This document shows positions 43,799 to 53,788 of a stretch of DNA of 64,000 bases, in pieces (within the stretch, counting starts at the first letter, position 1; each line of letters starts with the position of its first letter). The position numbers and the translations under genes were made by a program. The notes beneath the pieces are model-generated. The model was not told the DNA's origin and ran no database searches. It saw nothing but the letters and a program-made list of their open reading frames with translations. Source of the stretch: a virus (Duplodnaviria > Heunggongvirae > Uroviricota > Caudoviricetes); the IMG/VR virus record IMGVR_UViG_2913177423_000001, positions 19,415 through 83,414 of that record, one strand, 5' to 3'.

Positions 43799-44601
43799 TG
43801 CTTGATTCAATAGGTGAAGTTAAAGCCTTCCAAATTCTGTCCGGCGCTGGTGCCTCCACACCGGAATCAATATCCATAAGCCGGGCGGCTTCTTCAAAAG
43901 CTTCGTCACTCGCAAGCGACATACAGGAAATGGTTCATCCTGATAAAACCTATCCTGATTCAGTGTCTGCCTGGACGACTCAATTGCTTGGATTTTCCGA
44001 ACAACTCAATGAGGCAAGCAAGGCATCATCAGCCCTGGCTGACTCTCTTTCCCCATACACGACGCCATCAGAGCTGTTACAGATGAAGATTGGCTGGGAG
44101 TGCCACGCAAAAGGTAATGAACTGATCCCCACGCCAGCGTTCGCCCTGGTTGAGGGGATGGGGAATGTTTCCATACCGCAATCACTAACGGACGCATTGG
44201 CGGCGCTGAAACTTGACGATCTGAATACCGCCATGAACGCCATAAACGCAAAAATTGAAGCTGCCGGGAGTGCTGGGGGTGATAGTGATGGTGGACAGGC
44301 TGGTGGTGGGGCAGCTCAGGCTCCGGACATTACTCAGGATGAAATTGATGATTTACGGGAAGCTGTAACAGTAGCTGAAGTTTCACTCTCCGGGATTAAT
44401 TCAGCAAGTGAGAGTGTCGTAGCCCTTGCTGACCGCATTAAAACGTCAACAACTCAGGCCGCCAAGGGGCTAGAGAACGCTGTAGCCATCACCTTAACAG
44501 GTTCTCTACTGGGCGATGCAGTAATGAGTCCGGCAATCAGTTTAATCATGCCACAAGGCGTTATCGATGCGCTCCAAAAGAGCACCAAAAAGGAACCATA
44601 G
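43798..44601 (+). CDS. hypothetical virion-associated protein (268 aa)
   Basis: ATG overlapping PAAR-like stop (TAATG). Confidence 0.5.
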   Translation: MLDSIGEVKAFQILSGAGASTPESISISRAASSKASSLASDIQEMVHPDKTYPDSVSAWTTQLLGFSEQLNEASKASSALADSLSPYTTPSELLQMKIGWECHAKGNELIPTPAFALVEGMGNVSIPQSLTDALAALKLDDLNTAMNAINAKIEAAGSAGGDSDGGQAGGGAAQAPDITQDEIDDLREAVTVAEVSLSGINSASESVVALADRIKTSTTQAAKGLENAVAITLTGSLLGDAVMSPAISLIMPQGVIDALQKSTKKEP

Positions 44602-44656
44602 CAGCACCACTTAGGCACATAAACGGATGTAAATTGGTACATGTTTAACACCAAAA

Positions 44657-45130
44657 GTGAACCTGAAGAGGATGGTTTTGAAAAAGATAATTTTGATTGT
44701 AATTGCGCTTTTAGCCATTTCTGGAATTTACCGAACAACGACGGCAGTTATCGAACACATCAGGTATGTCCGGTCGCTTGAAGACTCAAAATCACTACTG
44801 GAAAGCACAAACAACACGCTTTCTACCGCATTACAGTTAAGTGAGAACGCTCGCTCTGCCATGCAGGCCGAAAACGAAAGAGTCAAAGCTCTGGAAAAGG
44901 AGTACCAGCGAAAAACAGCAGAACTGAATACCAAACTGATCAAACAACGGGAGGAAAGCCAGAATGAAATCACTCGTCTTGAAACTGCGTTACGCCGTGC
45001 TGGGATTAACGATGTGCGTGTGCCTGATGACGTTATCAGGATGCAGCGGGAACGGGCAAAAGCCATCAACCAGCGTGCCAGTGAAAATTACCGTAGAAGC
45101 CACCAGCAAGCCGCAGGCAAATCTGATTGA
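44657..45130 (+). CDS. i-spanin (Rz-like)
   Basis: N-terminal TM then coiled coil; o-spanin ORF embedded in its 3-prime end. Confidence 0.6.
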   Translation: MNLKRMVLKKIILIVIALLAISGIYRTTTAVIEHIRYVRSLEDSKSLLESTNNTLSTALQLSENARSAMQAENERVKALEKEYQRKTAELNTKLIKQREESQNEITRLETALRRAGINDVRVPDDVIRMQRERAKAINQRASENYRRSHQQAAGKSD

Positions 45131-45296
45131 TTACTCCCCTTGTTTAGTGCCAGAGGACACGCCAGTGCTGTTAAACAAGTATCCAACATACACAGAACAG
45201 TTATTCAGCACGATCGATGAATGCAACCAACGAAACGCACTGAATAACCAAAGGAATAGGGAGATTTGGGAAGGGAAGGGGGATCACGGCTCCTGA
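44964..45296 (+). CDS. o-spanin (Rz1-like outer-membrane lipoprotein)
   Basis: signal peptide with lipobox LSGC; begins in +1 frame inside i-spanin. Confidence 0.55.
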   Translation: MKSLVLKLRYAVLGLTMCVCLMTLSGCSGNGQKPSTSVPVKITVEATSKPQANLIDYSPCLVPEDTPVLLNKYPTYTEQLFSTIDECNQRNALNNQRNREIWEGKGDHGS

Positions 45297-45769
45297 AGCC
45301 AGATATCCTGGCTGTCAGCTTCTTCGAAACCGTGGCAGACGTTAAAGTCACTCAAACGATACTGACGCTGACGGCCTCTATTTCGCTCATGCCAATGCAT
45401 ATATCCACCAGCAAATGCCAGCGGGCAATCGCTATAGTCTATATAGCCAATACCATTCCCCAGGCGGGCCTCGCGTGCGCCAGCTTTCCAGGACAACAAA
45501 AACGAGTCACGATCTGCCAGCATGACAACAAAATCATCCGGCTCACCTATGCAGTGAAGAATCCCTGCTTTACATAACTGTTTTAGCGCCTTCGATTGGC
45601 CCAGGATGTCTTCGCCATAATACTGAAAACAATCATCAACAACAGCGGGATAACCAGCAGGGGGATTCAGGCTGGTTGGTATCGCTGACGCGATTGCCAG
45701 CATTAAGCGATATTGTGATTTTGATGGATTTGCGTGACTCATTTTTTCCTGCCTGTTCACTGTCGCCAT
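45284..45769 (-). CDS. hypothetical protein (start uncertain)
   Basis: minus-strand ORF convergent with spanins. Confidence 0.45.
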   Translation of the reverse strand: MATVNRQEKMSHANPSKSQYRLMLAIASAIPTSLNPPAGYPAVVDDCFQYYGEDILGQSKALKQLCKAGILHCIGEPDDFVVMLADRDSFLLSWKAGAREARLGNGIGYIDYSDCPLAFAGGYMHWHERNRGRQRQYRLSDFNVCHGFEEADSQDIWLQEP

Positions 45770-46149
45770 GCGTTTTTTAACTCTGGGATATCAGCCATTT
45801 CAATTAACTTTCGCAGTCCAGCACTGACTTTCCCATTGCCAATCATAGCAAGCCAGTCTCTCACAGCTTTCGGCATATAGAGCGTAGCTGTTACCGGCTC
45901 TTCAACTCTCGCGGGACATCCGCATACAGGCCATTTAATTGATTCCATAACTTCGGAGGCCGGGGTGAGGGCGGGAACATTAAGAATATCTCTACCAGAA
46001 AACTGGATGACGATTCGTTCAGCGAGGGAGAGTATCTCACTTTCAGCAAGAATTGATGCCAGTTGCGCCTCAACAAGAAAGCGGCTCGTTGTGTTCAGGG
46101 AGTGGCTTTTCGCGCCATTTTTATACGAAACAAAGATCCGATACGCCAT
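45757..46149 (-). CDS. hypothetical protein (130 aa)
   Basis: ATG 12 nt from operator-like motif. Confidence 0.45.
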   Translation of the reverse strand: MAYRIFVSYKNGAKSHSLNTTSRFLVEAQLASILAESEILSLAERIVIQFSGRDILNVPALTPASEVMESIKWPVCGCPARVEEPVTATLYMPKAVRDWLAMIGNGKVSAGLRKLIEMADIPELKNAWRQ

Positions 46150-46160
46150 AACCGTAATGA

Positions 46161-46182
46161 TTTATGTTAGAAAATTAAAATT
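46161..46182 (+). promoter_or_regulatory. operator-like motif TTTATGTTAGAAAATTAAAATT
   Basis: motif copy between divergent genes. Confidence 0.5.
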
Positions 46183-46307
46183 AAACCACATAACAACGTG
46201 CGTGTTAATAGATTTTATTTTACTAATGCTATTGACTAAATCACAAAGTTGGTATTGTTAGCGCGTCAAAAGAACCTTCACGCCGCGCCCGAATTTAGGG
46301 CTTAACC

Positions 46308-48005
46308 GTGAATAAAAACATTCAGCCAGCTCGTGATCGCGAGCGCGATATTATGAATCGGGCGGCAAGCGTCATGGCTATGACCGTCGATCCGACCACC
46401 GATGCTGCGGGCAATATGATTGCTGATCAGGCAGTGATGATGGAGAACCTGGACAAAGCTATCCAGAAGGAGGCTATGTTTGAAGGCGTAAATCCAGAGG
46501 TTGCACGTCAGATCGCTGGTGGGTGGGCTATGTCTCTGCATGAGTACAAGCGCCAGCATGGTCACTACCCGGCAAGCGACATCCTGGCAAACGCACACAT
46601 GGCACTTGAGCGCCTGATGACTGAATGTGCCAGCGATAAGCATGAAGGTACTGGCAGGGCAATGTTTGAGTCTGTCGCTCAATCGATGCGCAGCTCTGAT
46701 GGTGTAATGAAAGTAGCTCAGTATGCAGCTCTGATTCTGCCTGCATCGCTGGGTGCTGCTACCAGTGATGCCTGTACTTTTGTTCCTTGTGAACGTGACG
46801 AGTCAAATATCTATGAACTGGTCAACGTAGCAGGCACAAAATTCGGCACCTTCAAGCAAGGTGACGAACTGAATATGCAGTCCGCAGGTGTTTATTCTCA
46901 AATGAAACGCCTGTATACCCTTTCCACTAAAGGTGATGGCAGCACCAAAACTTTCCAGTTCGACATCCAAAATTTTGAGGGCCAATCCTGCCCGCTGCGC
47001 GCTGGTTATAACAAACTGCTGATCAACCGCAAACCGTCCAAGGTTGACGACGGCGATGGCAACCTTTATTTCAATGATAAAGACAGCAAAGGCAATGCTT
47101 TCTCCGCCACCGCAAAAGTCGCTTATGACACTGGCGTCATCGACATTACCTTCACTCAAGCGCCAGCAGAAGGGACTGAAATTGCTGTTCAGGTCGAAAT
47201 TAACATCGAGCGCAATCCAAGCCTGATTCCGGTAATCAACCAGGCTATGCGCAAGTATGAAGTTCGCCCATCTCAGTACGTAATTGCTTCCGAACACACA
47301 GTAATGTCCGCTTCCGATTTAAGCCGCGAACACGGCCTTGAATTGGCAGCTCTTCAGTTCTCTGCAATGCGCAACTGGATCTCCCATGAAACCGACATCA
47401 TGCGTCTTCGCACCCTGGTATTCCATACCGTTTATGGTCGTGAATTTGATGTGGCTCTGCCTGAAGCTCAAAACTATGAGTCCTGGGTCGGCCTCCTGCG
47501 CCACGCAGTAAACGCCCTGTCTCAGGAAATGGCAAACCGCACCCTGACCACGGGTATTCGCGGCGGCTTCGCAGGTGGTGACGCAGCTAACTTCCTGCGT
47601 TCTCTGCCTCCACAGCACTTCCAAATCGCGCCGGGCTACGTTCAGTCACCGTATGTGCAGTACATCGGCACCCTGTTTGGCACGATTCGTATTTACGAAG
47701 TGCCGCAGCCTGTATGTGAGCAATTCCAGGCACAGGGATATGACTTAGGTCTGGATGACATTTATTTCTATGGTCGCGGTGAAGGCATCGGTAAAGCCGG
47801 GCTGATCGCTGGTGATGCGGTCCCAGCAATCCCGTATGTGCACGAAACCAATCCATCTCTCGTTAACCGCACCACTCTCTGGGGTAGTGCTATCAACGAA
47901 GTCCACCCGCGCAACGGTGAGAATTATTTCGCCCGCCTGCGTCTGACTCGTGCCAAAGAAGGTGCAATCGACATGCTGACCGGGAAGGTCAACGAAAAAA
48001 AGTAA
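46308..48005 (+). CDS. major capsid protein candidate (P1 gp23-like by size and context)
   Basis: 565 aa (about 62 kDa), first gene of late structural block; assignment by size and order only. Confidence 0.45.
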   Translation: MNKNIQPARDRERDIMNRAASVMAMTVDPTTDAAGNMIADQAVMMENLDKAIQKEAMFEGVNPEVARQIAGGWAMSLHEYKRQHGHYPASDILANAHMALERLMTECASDKHEGTGRAMFESVAQSMRSSDGVMKVAQYAALILPASLGAATSDACTFVPCERDESNIYELVNVAGTKFGTFKQGDELNMQSAGVYSQMKRLYTLSTKGDGSTKTFQFDIQNFEGQSCPLRAGYNKLLINRKPSKVDDGDGNLYFNDKDSKGNAFSATAKVAYDTGVIDITFTQAPAEGTEIAVQVEINIERNPSLIPVINQAMRKYEVRPSQYVIASEHTVMSASDLSREHGLELAALQFSAMRNWISHETDIMRLRTLVFHTVYGREFDVALPEAQNYESWVGLLRHAVNALSQEMANRTLTTGIRGGFAGGDAANFLRSLPPQHFQIAPGYVQSPYVQYIGTLFGTIRIYEVPQPVCEQFQAQGYDLGLDDIYFYGRGEGIGKAGLIAGDAVPAIPYVHETNPSLVNRTTLWGSAINEVHPRNGENYFARLRLTRAKEGAIDMLTGKVNEKK

Positions 48006-48152
48006 TGGTGGCGAACGTGTCGGTATCACCTACGTCAGTTGACGTAAATGAAGGTGAAACTATCGCCGCGAGCACTTCAAAGGCACAGAAAAAAACAAAG
48101 CAGAAGTAAGGCAAAAACACGCCCCTGAATAAGGGGCGTTCAGGAGAAAAGA

Positions 48153-48431
48153 ATGGCAAACATTCAAGTAACTATCACGCCATCTGACGCAACAGACAAA
48201 TCTTTCACTGTTGAGTCCGATCACCCTGAAATTGTCCAGGTTGATGGCACTACATGTACCGCTCTTAAGGCAGGGCAGGCAGTGCTGACAATCAAAACTA
48301 ATGACGGCAATAAAACCGCACAGTGCACGGTCACTGTTAGGGAGGCACCTAAAAGCGTAAGCGCCGTCAGTGTTGAACCGACTACGAAAGAAGTAACCGT
48401 AGGCGACAACTTCACGGTAAGCGAATCCTGA
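48153..48431 (+). CDS. Ig-like (Big_2-type) domain protein
   Basis: 92 aa beta-rich Thr/Val pattern with AGRBS; between capsid-like and sheath-like genes. Confidence 0.55.
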   Translation: MANIQVTITPSDATDKSFTVESDHPEIVQVDGTTCTALKAGQAVLTIKTNDGNKTAQCTVTVREAPKSVSAVSVEPTTKEVTVGDNFTVSES

Positions 48432-48499
48432 TCAGAGGCTACCCATTAACCGTGGGTAGCCTTGCCTCGTTCTCTCGCTTTAGAGGATAAGAACACAGC

Positions 48500-50155
48500 A
48501 TGAATAAGATTAGTTTTTCGGTAGGGCAGGCAGCTGGCGTTGCTGTAATGGCGGTAAATGCTGACGCTACCCTCACCAATACCAGCGGTGGCGCATCCGT
48601 CTTTGCTGGACTTGTAATATCGCGTCGTGGCGCACCGGGTAAAGTGCTGAAAGTTGACGATACGACTTTTCAAAGCGTATTAGGTTCACCTATTCACCCT
48701 CGCCAGGGATCGGCATTTGAACCATACCGCCACGTGGAACGTGCCGTAAAAGGCGGCTCTGGTTATGTCGTTCGTGTTTGCGCTAAAGACATGAAGGTGC
48801 CGGGTATTTCTGTTTCCGTTGCGGGCAGAGCAAAAGCGGCTAAGGCGAACAAAACACTTACCGTGGAACCTACTGAAACCACAGTAAATCCAGGTGACAC
48901 ATTGAGCGTTGCCGTTGCTTCAACTGCAACAACGAAATCAGTAACCTTCACTCCAAAAGAGACACCCCAGATTGATGATGGGATGGCCGTATTCTTCATC
49001 AAAGATGGTGATGCATCTCAAAACCGCATGTTATCACTAACTCGCGATGATGAAGAAAGCGAACTCTTTACGCTGACGCTGAAAGAAAAACAAACCGATG
49101 GGTCCGTTGAGGTGCTGGAAAGCCACCAGGTGTCCTTCAATCCAGAAGGCACTAACGACATGGGCCAACCAGCATGGATTCCGACACTGCTTGAAAGCCA
49201 GTCCACTCGCATTGGTGCCGTCCTGGCAGATAATGCGGAAGCATCTGCTGCTCAACTCATGTTTGAGGATGTGGCTTTTGAAGGCGGCACTGATGGCGAT
49301 CTGTCCACCATTGACACTGAAGACTATCTGGAAGCATTAAAAGTCCTCGAAGCTTCAGAGGTTAATTACACCGCATTGCTGTCACTGGGCTGCTATGACG
49401 CTTCCGTCTTAGCCGCGCTCAAAAATCTGGCTGAAGACGTTCGCGTAGACATGTTCTACGACCTGAATGGCAATCAGATGCCAGAAAATGCCATTTCAGA
49501 AGCCAAAAGCCATAGTTTTGGTGGCTCACATCAACCAAGTCGTTATTACTTCCCATTCTCCTGTCGAGACACCTTCACTGGTATGAATGTTGTTTACGGC
49601 ATCAGTTGCGACGCATTTGTCGCAAAAGCGAAAGGTGTTGCGCTGGTTTCTGATGTTGGTGGCTGGCACTACGCTCCGGCAGGTGTATCTCGCGCGACGA
49701 TTGATCGACAGAATATTGCCCGAATACCAAATATCGGTGCCGTTGATCGCGAAGCGTTCGTCCTTGCACGCATTAATCCAGTTTCTGTTGCTGCTGATGG
49801 TTCTGTCTACATCGACGACTCTTTAACAACTTTCAGTAAAAACAACTACCTGCGATTCCAGCACGTTTCGTCTCTGATGAATGCTATTGCCCGCAATTTC
49901 TATGAAGTTGCTCAGACAATTAAGCATGAACCTGACGGCATTACCCAAGCGACGCTGATGAAAGCAATGACTGAATTGCTTGATCGATTCTATGCCTCAG
50001 GTGCGCTAGTGACGCCTCGTGACAAGTCTCAAGGCGAAGATCCATATGTTGTCCAGGTTGTCCAAAAAGACATCGACCTGTGGGAAGTATCCTGGTCTGT
50101 CTGCCCAACTGGAACTGCTCGCCGAATTGTCGGCAAACCAATTCTGATGCGCTGA
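48500..50155 (+). CDS. contractile tail sheath protein candidate
   Basis: 551 aa preceding tube-like genes; assignment by size and order. Confidence 0.45.
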   Translation: MNKISFSVGQAAGVAVMAVNADATLTNTSGGASVFAGLVISRRGAPGKVLKVDDTTFQSVLGSPIHPRQGSAFEPYRHVERAVKGGSGYVVRVCAKDMKVPGISVSVAGRAKAAKANKTLTVEPTETTVNPGDTLSVAVASTATTKSVTFTPKETPQIDDGMAVFFIKDGDASQNRMLSLTRDDEESELFTLTLKEKQTDGSVEVLESHQVSFNPEGTNDMGQPAWIPTLLESQSTRIGAVLADNAEASAAQLMFEDVAFEGGTDGDLSTIDTEDYLEALKVLEASEVNYTALLSLGCYDASVLAALKNLAEDVRVDMFYDLNGNQMPENAISEAKSHSFGGSHQPSRYYFPFSCRDTFTGMNVVYGISCDAFVAKAKGVALVSDVGGWHYAPAGVSRATIDRQNIARIPNIGAVDREAFVLARINPVSVAADGSVYIDDSLTTFSKNNYLRFQHVSSLMNAIARNFYEVAQTIKHEPDGITQATLMKAMTELLDRFYASGALVTPRDKSQGEDPYVVQVVQKDIDLWEVSWSVCPTGTARRIVGKPILMR

Positions 50156-50196
50156 TTTATTACCCCCGCAGGAATGCGGGGGAGAGAGGTTTGAAA

Positions 50197-50931
50197 ATGA
50201 AAAATTATACTGCTGATCCTTTTATGCGTGCGATTTTTGGTTCTGGCTGCTTTGAAAGCGGTGATAAATCCACGCTGGGAAATGATGATAAAGCCATGCT
50301 GGAAAGCGCCGAACAGAAAGGAACTAACACTCAAGCAAAGCCAAAAGAAGATATTGAAACCGCGATGATGGAAGCGGTTGAGTCTCGCGCACAAGGAGAT
50401 ATGCGCAGCCTGGCGGCTTCCATGCTTGCTGGCTGGATTGAGGATGGCGATCCGGAAGCTGACTCATTTGATGCGTTAGCAATCACTATGGCTGGCCTGG
50501 CTGATATCGATGAAGACACCGATTTTACCGATGAACAAGTCGATGCTTATAACGATGCTCTTGCAGCCCTTGCAGATGCTGCTGTTGCGCTTGGCGCAGA
50601 CCAGGACGACGTAACCGAGATGATCGACGATGAAGATGACTCTGCTGCCGAACGTGTATATGACGCGCTTTCCGAAAGCGACGCCGACATGATGGAAGCG
50701 GCTATTGCCATTTACACCGTTGCTGGTGGTGACAGCGCAATGCTGGAAGCGGTACGTAAAAAAGTGGTCCGTGATGGCAAGGTTACCATTATCCGTAAGC
50801 GCCCGCGCCCTCGCCGCATGACATCATTGCAAAAACAGGCGCTGAAAAAAGCACGCCGCAAAGCGCACACATCCGTAGCAAATATCAACCGCAAAAAATC
50901 AATGCGCATTCGCAAAAAACGCGGTTTGTAA
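50197..50931 (+). CDS. hypothetical bipartite protein (acidic N-terminal, strongly basic C-terminal tail)
   Basis: GGAGAGAGG RBS; Asp/Glu-rich body then RKRPRPRR...RRKAHT...RKKSMRIRKKRGL. Confidence 0.5.
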   Translation: MKNYTADPFMRAIFGSGCFESGDKSTLGNDDKAMLESAEQKGTNTQAKPKEDIETAMMEAVESRAQGDMRSLAASMLAGWIEDGDPEADSFDALAITMAGLADIDEDTDFTDEQVDAYNDALAALADAAVALGADQDDVTEMIDDEDDSAAERVYDALSESDADMMEAAIAIYTVAGGDSAMLEAVRKKVVRDGKVTIIRKRPRPRRMTSLQKQALKKARRKAHTSVANINRKKSMRIRKKRGL

Positions 50932-51057
50932 GTGACACAGGCCGCCTGCAAAGGTGGCCTCTTTCTGGGAGGAATAGCTGTGTATTGCGGGGCAAGTTTA
51001 GCTGATGGCATAAGCCCTTTTTTAAAGGTTTATATTATAAACGAGTCCAATACAGAT

Positions 51058-51576
51058 ATGGTGGTTGGCTATATCGGAGAAGGTTCGTCTGCGGAATTAG
51101 CATCACTATGGCAATCTCCATTTGAAGATAAAGCTATGGGAAGTTTGTTAGGAACAATTAGTGATGCAGCTTCATCATTGACTGGCATAGTACAAACTTT
51201 AAGTGGCCGTACAAGCAAAAGCCGATTCAATTCCACGTTAATCTGGGAAGGGCAACAACCACCAGAGTTCAATCTAGTGCTGGATTTCTTAGCAACATCC
51301 AATGCGAAAATTGAAGTTAATGACGCAATTACAACCTTATTAAAAATGGCCTCTCCAGAGTTAAATGACGTTGCGCCAATGGGAAGGATTCCTGAAACAG
51401 TCACAATTAATATTGGCAGAAACGTCCTGCTGACTGGCGTTGTTATCAAAAGCGTAAGTTACCAGCTGGACGCCCCGCGCACACCGGAAGGCTATTTCAC
51501 TCATAACACGGTAACCCTGCAATGCAGCGGAAATACCTCGATTAACCGTAGCAACATATCATCTGTTTTTGTGTAG
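51058..51576 (+). CDS. hypothetical tail structural protein (start uncertain; frame open from 50932)
   Basis: ORF within tail module. Confidence 0.4.
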   Translation: MVVGYIGEGSSAELASLWQSPFEDKAMGSLLGTISDAASSLTGIVQTLSGRTSKSRFNSTLIWEGQQPPEFNLVLDFLATSNAKIEVNDAITTLLKMASPELNDVAPMGRIPETVTINIGRNVLLTGVVIKSVSYQLDAPRTPEGYFTHNTVTLQCSGNTSINRSNISSVFV

Positions 51577-51584
51577 GAGTATTT

Positions 51585-52076
51585 ATGTCCGGTTTTGCAA
51601 ATACAAAAGCCGATATCGCCTTTCTGAAATCTCGGTTTAATAAAAACCTGGCTGCGGGCGAAAAACTTATTGGCTCTGAATATTGGATGACCATTAAAGG
51701 TTATGAGCATTTGTCTGTGCTGGTTCGTACTGCTCAGTTACCAGAAATGACACGCGAAGATGTGGAAGATTACGCTCCTGGTGGCATGAAATTCAACCAG
51801 CACGGACCACTACGCAACTCTGGTGAATTTCAGGTCACATGTGCGGAAACCATCGAGGGCGCAGTTCTCGCTGCTGTAAAACAAATGGTATACGGCAAAG
51901 AATATCTGGAAATTACATTACAGGCAGCTGCTGAATCCAATAGCGGTAACCATAAAGGTCTGATCCGCACATATTCTCACTGCAAAGTGTATTCCGACGC
52001 CGTGGACTTCTCCTCCGAAGACGTAACGGCTGTTGTTAAACCTTCTCTGCGTATTGTTTACAACTGGGCAGAATAA
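51585..52076 (+). CDS. tail tube protein candidate
   Basis: 163 aa, size and position typical of myovirus tube. Confidence 0.45.
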   Translation: MSGFANTKADIAFLKSRFNKNLAAGEKLIGSEYWMTIKGYEHLSVLVRTAQLPEMTREDVEDYAPGGMKFNQHGPLRNSGEFQVTCAETIEGAVLAAVKQMVYGKEYLEITLQAAAESNSGNHKGLIRTYSHCKVYSDAVDFSSEDVTAVVKPSLRIVYNWAE

Positions 52077-52130
52077 TCCCCGCTCCCGCCCTTGTGGCGG
52101 GAACATCTTTGTTTTGGAGTTGTAGGCACG

Positions 52131-52682
52131 ATGACACCAACCGAATTATTAGAAAGCGTTAAGGCACGATTTAATCCACTGCTTGTGCGTGAAGAAGAAA
52201 CGCTGAAAGCCTTCCTGATCAAAGCTCTGACCACGTATCAGGACAGGGCAGGGGTAGTGAAAACGTTAAAACTTGAAAAAGCTGGTGGTACTGCAATTCC
52301 ATTGCCAGAAGATTATCTCTCTCTGGTTCATGTTACCGACAACAATGGCCTGTTGGTCTATTCGGATGAATTATCCGGCTTTATTGAATTAGAGCTAACA
52401 GGTTCAGAACGCTGGCCTTTTCGGATGCTCTATCTGGTTAATCTACGCGACAGAAAGCTGGATGAATGGCAAGTGCCTCCTGCAATCATTGGAATGCTGG
52501 AGGAATATCTGGAGGCGCTTATCAATGTCAGAAATGTCGCCCGGCAGCGTAGAGCGTCCATCGACGGGAAATTTGACTACTCCGATCTGCCCGATGAAGC
52601 CACGCTATATGCCCGCGTGCAGGAGATTGAGGAAAAAATGTCCTCAAACCGGGCCATTATTCCGGGGGCTACCATTTTTTAA
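52131..52682 (+). CDS. hypothetical tail-module protein
   Basis: ATG with upstream GGAG. Confidence 0.45.
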   Translation: MTPTELLESVKARFNPLLVREEETLKAFLIKALTTYQDRAGVVKTLKLEKAGGTAIPLPEDYLSLVHVTDNNGLLVYSDELSGFIELELTGSERWPFRMLYLVNLRDRKLDEWQVPPAIIGMLEEYLEALINVRNVARQRRASIDGKFDYSDLPDEATLYARVQEIEEKMSSNRAIIPGATIF

Positions 52683-52697
52683 CGCTGGAGGCGCAGA

Positions 52698-53405
52698 GTG
52701 AGTATTTTCAGCAGCGTTGGTAGAACGTTGACCACCGCATTGTCATTTAACACGAAATCATTCACCAGCAACCTCATTAGCGACATTCTTGATAAAGCCA
52801 TATCAGGCGGCGGGGTAAGCGGGAATTACAGTAGCGATATTGCCTACGGGAAAAATATTGTTGCTACCGCTATGCGTATCCGTTACGCCCAGGGGTGGCA
52901 GTGGACCGTTGAAGTGGATGGTCTGAACGGCTTCGATATGTTCGTGAAGGATATCACCTACAGCAGTGGGAACATTGAGACAGAAAGCAAGGTGATAGGC
53001 AGCGTGGAGTTCAGTAAGCCAACCTACGTTAGCGCCGGGCCTGTCACTATGACCGTAAGGGATACCGAAGACGGCAAGATCATGAACTGGTTCAAAGAGC
53101 GTCGCTCTCGCGTAACAAATCCGGACGGAACAATAAACCTTCCTCCTGAATATCTGATGAAAATCCGTCTCTACCGGGTAACTCAGGACGGAGGAAAAGA
53201 ACTGGAAGAAGAAATGCGCGTATTTCCTACGCAACTTGGGGAAATCACACGTTCACGTGATCAGGTGTCAGAGTTCTTGTCATACCCAATCACTTTCCAG
53301 AAATACACATCCGCAGGCTCAGGTGTTTCTGCTTTGGTCAACGGTGCAGCAGGTATGGCCACAAGTGCGTTAAAGGGGGCTATCAGTGGAGTGATCAAAT
53401 TCTGA
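52698..53405 (+). CDS. hypothetical tail-module protein (235 aa)
   Basis: GTG start after GGAGG RBS. Confidence 0.5.
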   Translation: MSIFSSVGRTLTTALSFNTKSFTSNLISDILDKAISGGGVSGNYSSDIAYGKNIVATAMRIRYAQGWQWTVEVDGLNGFDMFVKDITYSSGNIETESKVIGSVEFSKPTYVSAGPVTMTVRDTEDGKIMNWFKERRSRVTNPDGTINLPPEYLMKIRLYRVTQDGGKELEEEMRVFPTQLGEITRSRDQVSEFLSYPITFQKYTSAGSGVSALVNGAAGMATSALKGAISGVIKF

Positions 53406-53492
53406 AACGCTTTAATTATGTGTGCTGGCGGGATGATCATTTCCCGTCAGCAACCACGCCCCCAACGATAGCGGGTAGGGAAGGATGCGCAA

Positions 53493-53788
53493 TTTTGAGG
53501 GCATTTTTTACATCATCAATCCATCTGTAATGATGGCATTCTTTACACATTCCAATGTAATCAATAAGTTAACCTAACAAACGATTAAGGAAAATAGCAA
53601 TAAGAATGCCAGACACACACGATATAGACTGAGGGTGATTTTTACATAATCATTGTATATCAATAGGTTACATGAAAACCTAAACTATAAACGACAAGAT
53701 ACATGCGATTTAGATGTAAAAATTGCCCTCAATTGCCGATCGTTGAGGGCAAATTCTACACCTACAGAGTGGTGTAAAAATTGCCCTT
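53493..53788. repeat. iteron array downstream of repA (incA-like), 19-22 bp TGAGGGCAAATCTTACACC-type repeats
   Basis: copies near 53493, 53629, 53713 (inverted), 53741, 53770 (inverted). Confidence 0.6.

Noticed and set aside
46302-47624. Minus-strand ORFs 46302-46682, 46803-47297, 47319-47624
   Set aside because: All antisense inside the long capsid-candidate gene; shadow ORFs
48119-48139. Intrinsic terminator after the capsid-candidate gene
   Set aside because: GC hairpin present but no downstream T-run, and it overlaps the RBS of the next gene; more likely a regulatory stem-loop
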